From IMG/VR virus record IMGVR_UViG_3300036861_000738: a stretch of DNA of 44,776 nucleotides; one strand, written 5' to 3'. Numbering within the stretch: position 1 is the stretch's first letter; every line of letters starts with the position of its first letter. The notes under the pieces are model-generated. The model did no database searches. It was not told where the DNA came from and saw only the letters and a list, made by a program, of their open reading frames with translations. This stretch comes from a virus (lineage: Duplodnaviria; Caudoviricetes). This document shows, piece by piece, positions 44,457-44,776 of the stretch. The translations under genes and the position numbers were made by a program.

Positions 44457-44776
44457 TCAGTAGGTGAGGATCCGGAGTCCCTGCCGGGACGGCTGGGGCA
44501 GGGTTTGGGCGAGGTAGCAGGCGCCGGCGGCGGCGTAGGCGGCGTCGACGTGGCCGGCGCCGCGGCGGACGAACCGCCACCCGTCGCCGGTGTAGAGCTT
44601 GCTCGCGCCGGCCACGTGGGCGTCCAGCAGCGGGTCGCCGGGGTGGACGACCCGCCGCGTGGTGGCCAGGTCGGCGAGGCCCTGGCAGGCCTCCCCGACC
44701 TTCCCGCCGGTCAGTTCCACCTGGTTCGGCCGGGCGCGCAGGATCGGCGCGAGGCGGGCGGCGGGGCCGCCGGGGA
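44457..44776 (-). CDS. terL: Terminase large subunit, 3' part
   Basis: In frame with 1-1253 across the junction; HVDAAYAAAGA nuclease Asp motif. Confidence 0.93.
   Translation of the reverse strand, partial: PGGPAARLAPILRARPNQVELTGGKVGEACQGLADLATTRRVVHPGDPLLDAHVAGASKLYTGDGWRFVRRGAGHVDAAYAAAGACYLAQTLPQPSRQGLRILTY
44650..44776. repeat. Terminal direct repeat, copy 2
   Basis: Identical to 1-127. Confidence 0.95.

Overview
The window is an apparently complete, circularly assembled temperate siphovirus genome of a high-GC actinobacterium. The unit length is 44,649 bp: bases 1-127 are identical to 44650-44776, and the terminase large subunit reads across the junction. It has HK97-type head genes, a short non-contractile tail module with a -1 frameshifted chaperone, and a GH25 lysis cassette. 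It also carries a tyrosine recombinase/repressor/cro switch, a replication initiator with internal iterons, two DNA methyltransferases, and BldC-like and WhiB-like regulators. Six things are unusual. (1) A 6.6-kb module between the tail and lysis genes encodes a GntR regulator, a membrane/HTH protein, an FtsK/TraB-like ATPase and many membrane proteins, resembling actinomycete plasmid/AICE transfer genes; it shares an operator with the recombinase promoter. (2) A perfect in-frame 39-bp inverted repeat flanks the recombinase, and inversion there would swap the C-termini of two DNA-binding proteins. (3) A dif/att-like dyad lies inside the 3' end of the repressor-like gene. (4) The terS-terL-portal block is inverted relative to the other virion genes. 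(5) One gene fuses an HTH to a degenerate truncated globin. (6) A palindromic operator, GACAG-N-CTGTC, recurs across the genome. All functional calls come from reading motifs by eye; no database search was run.
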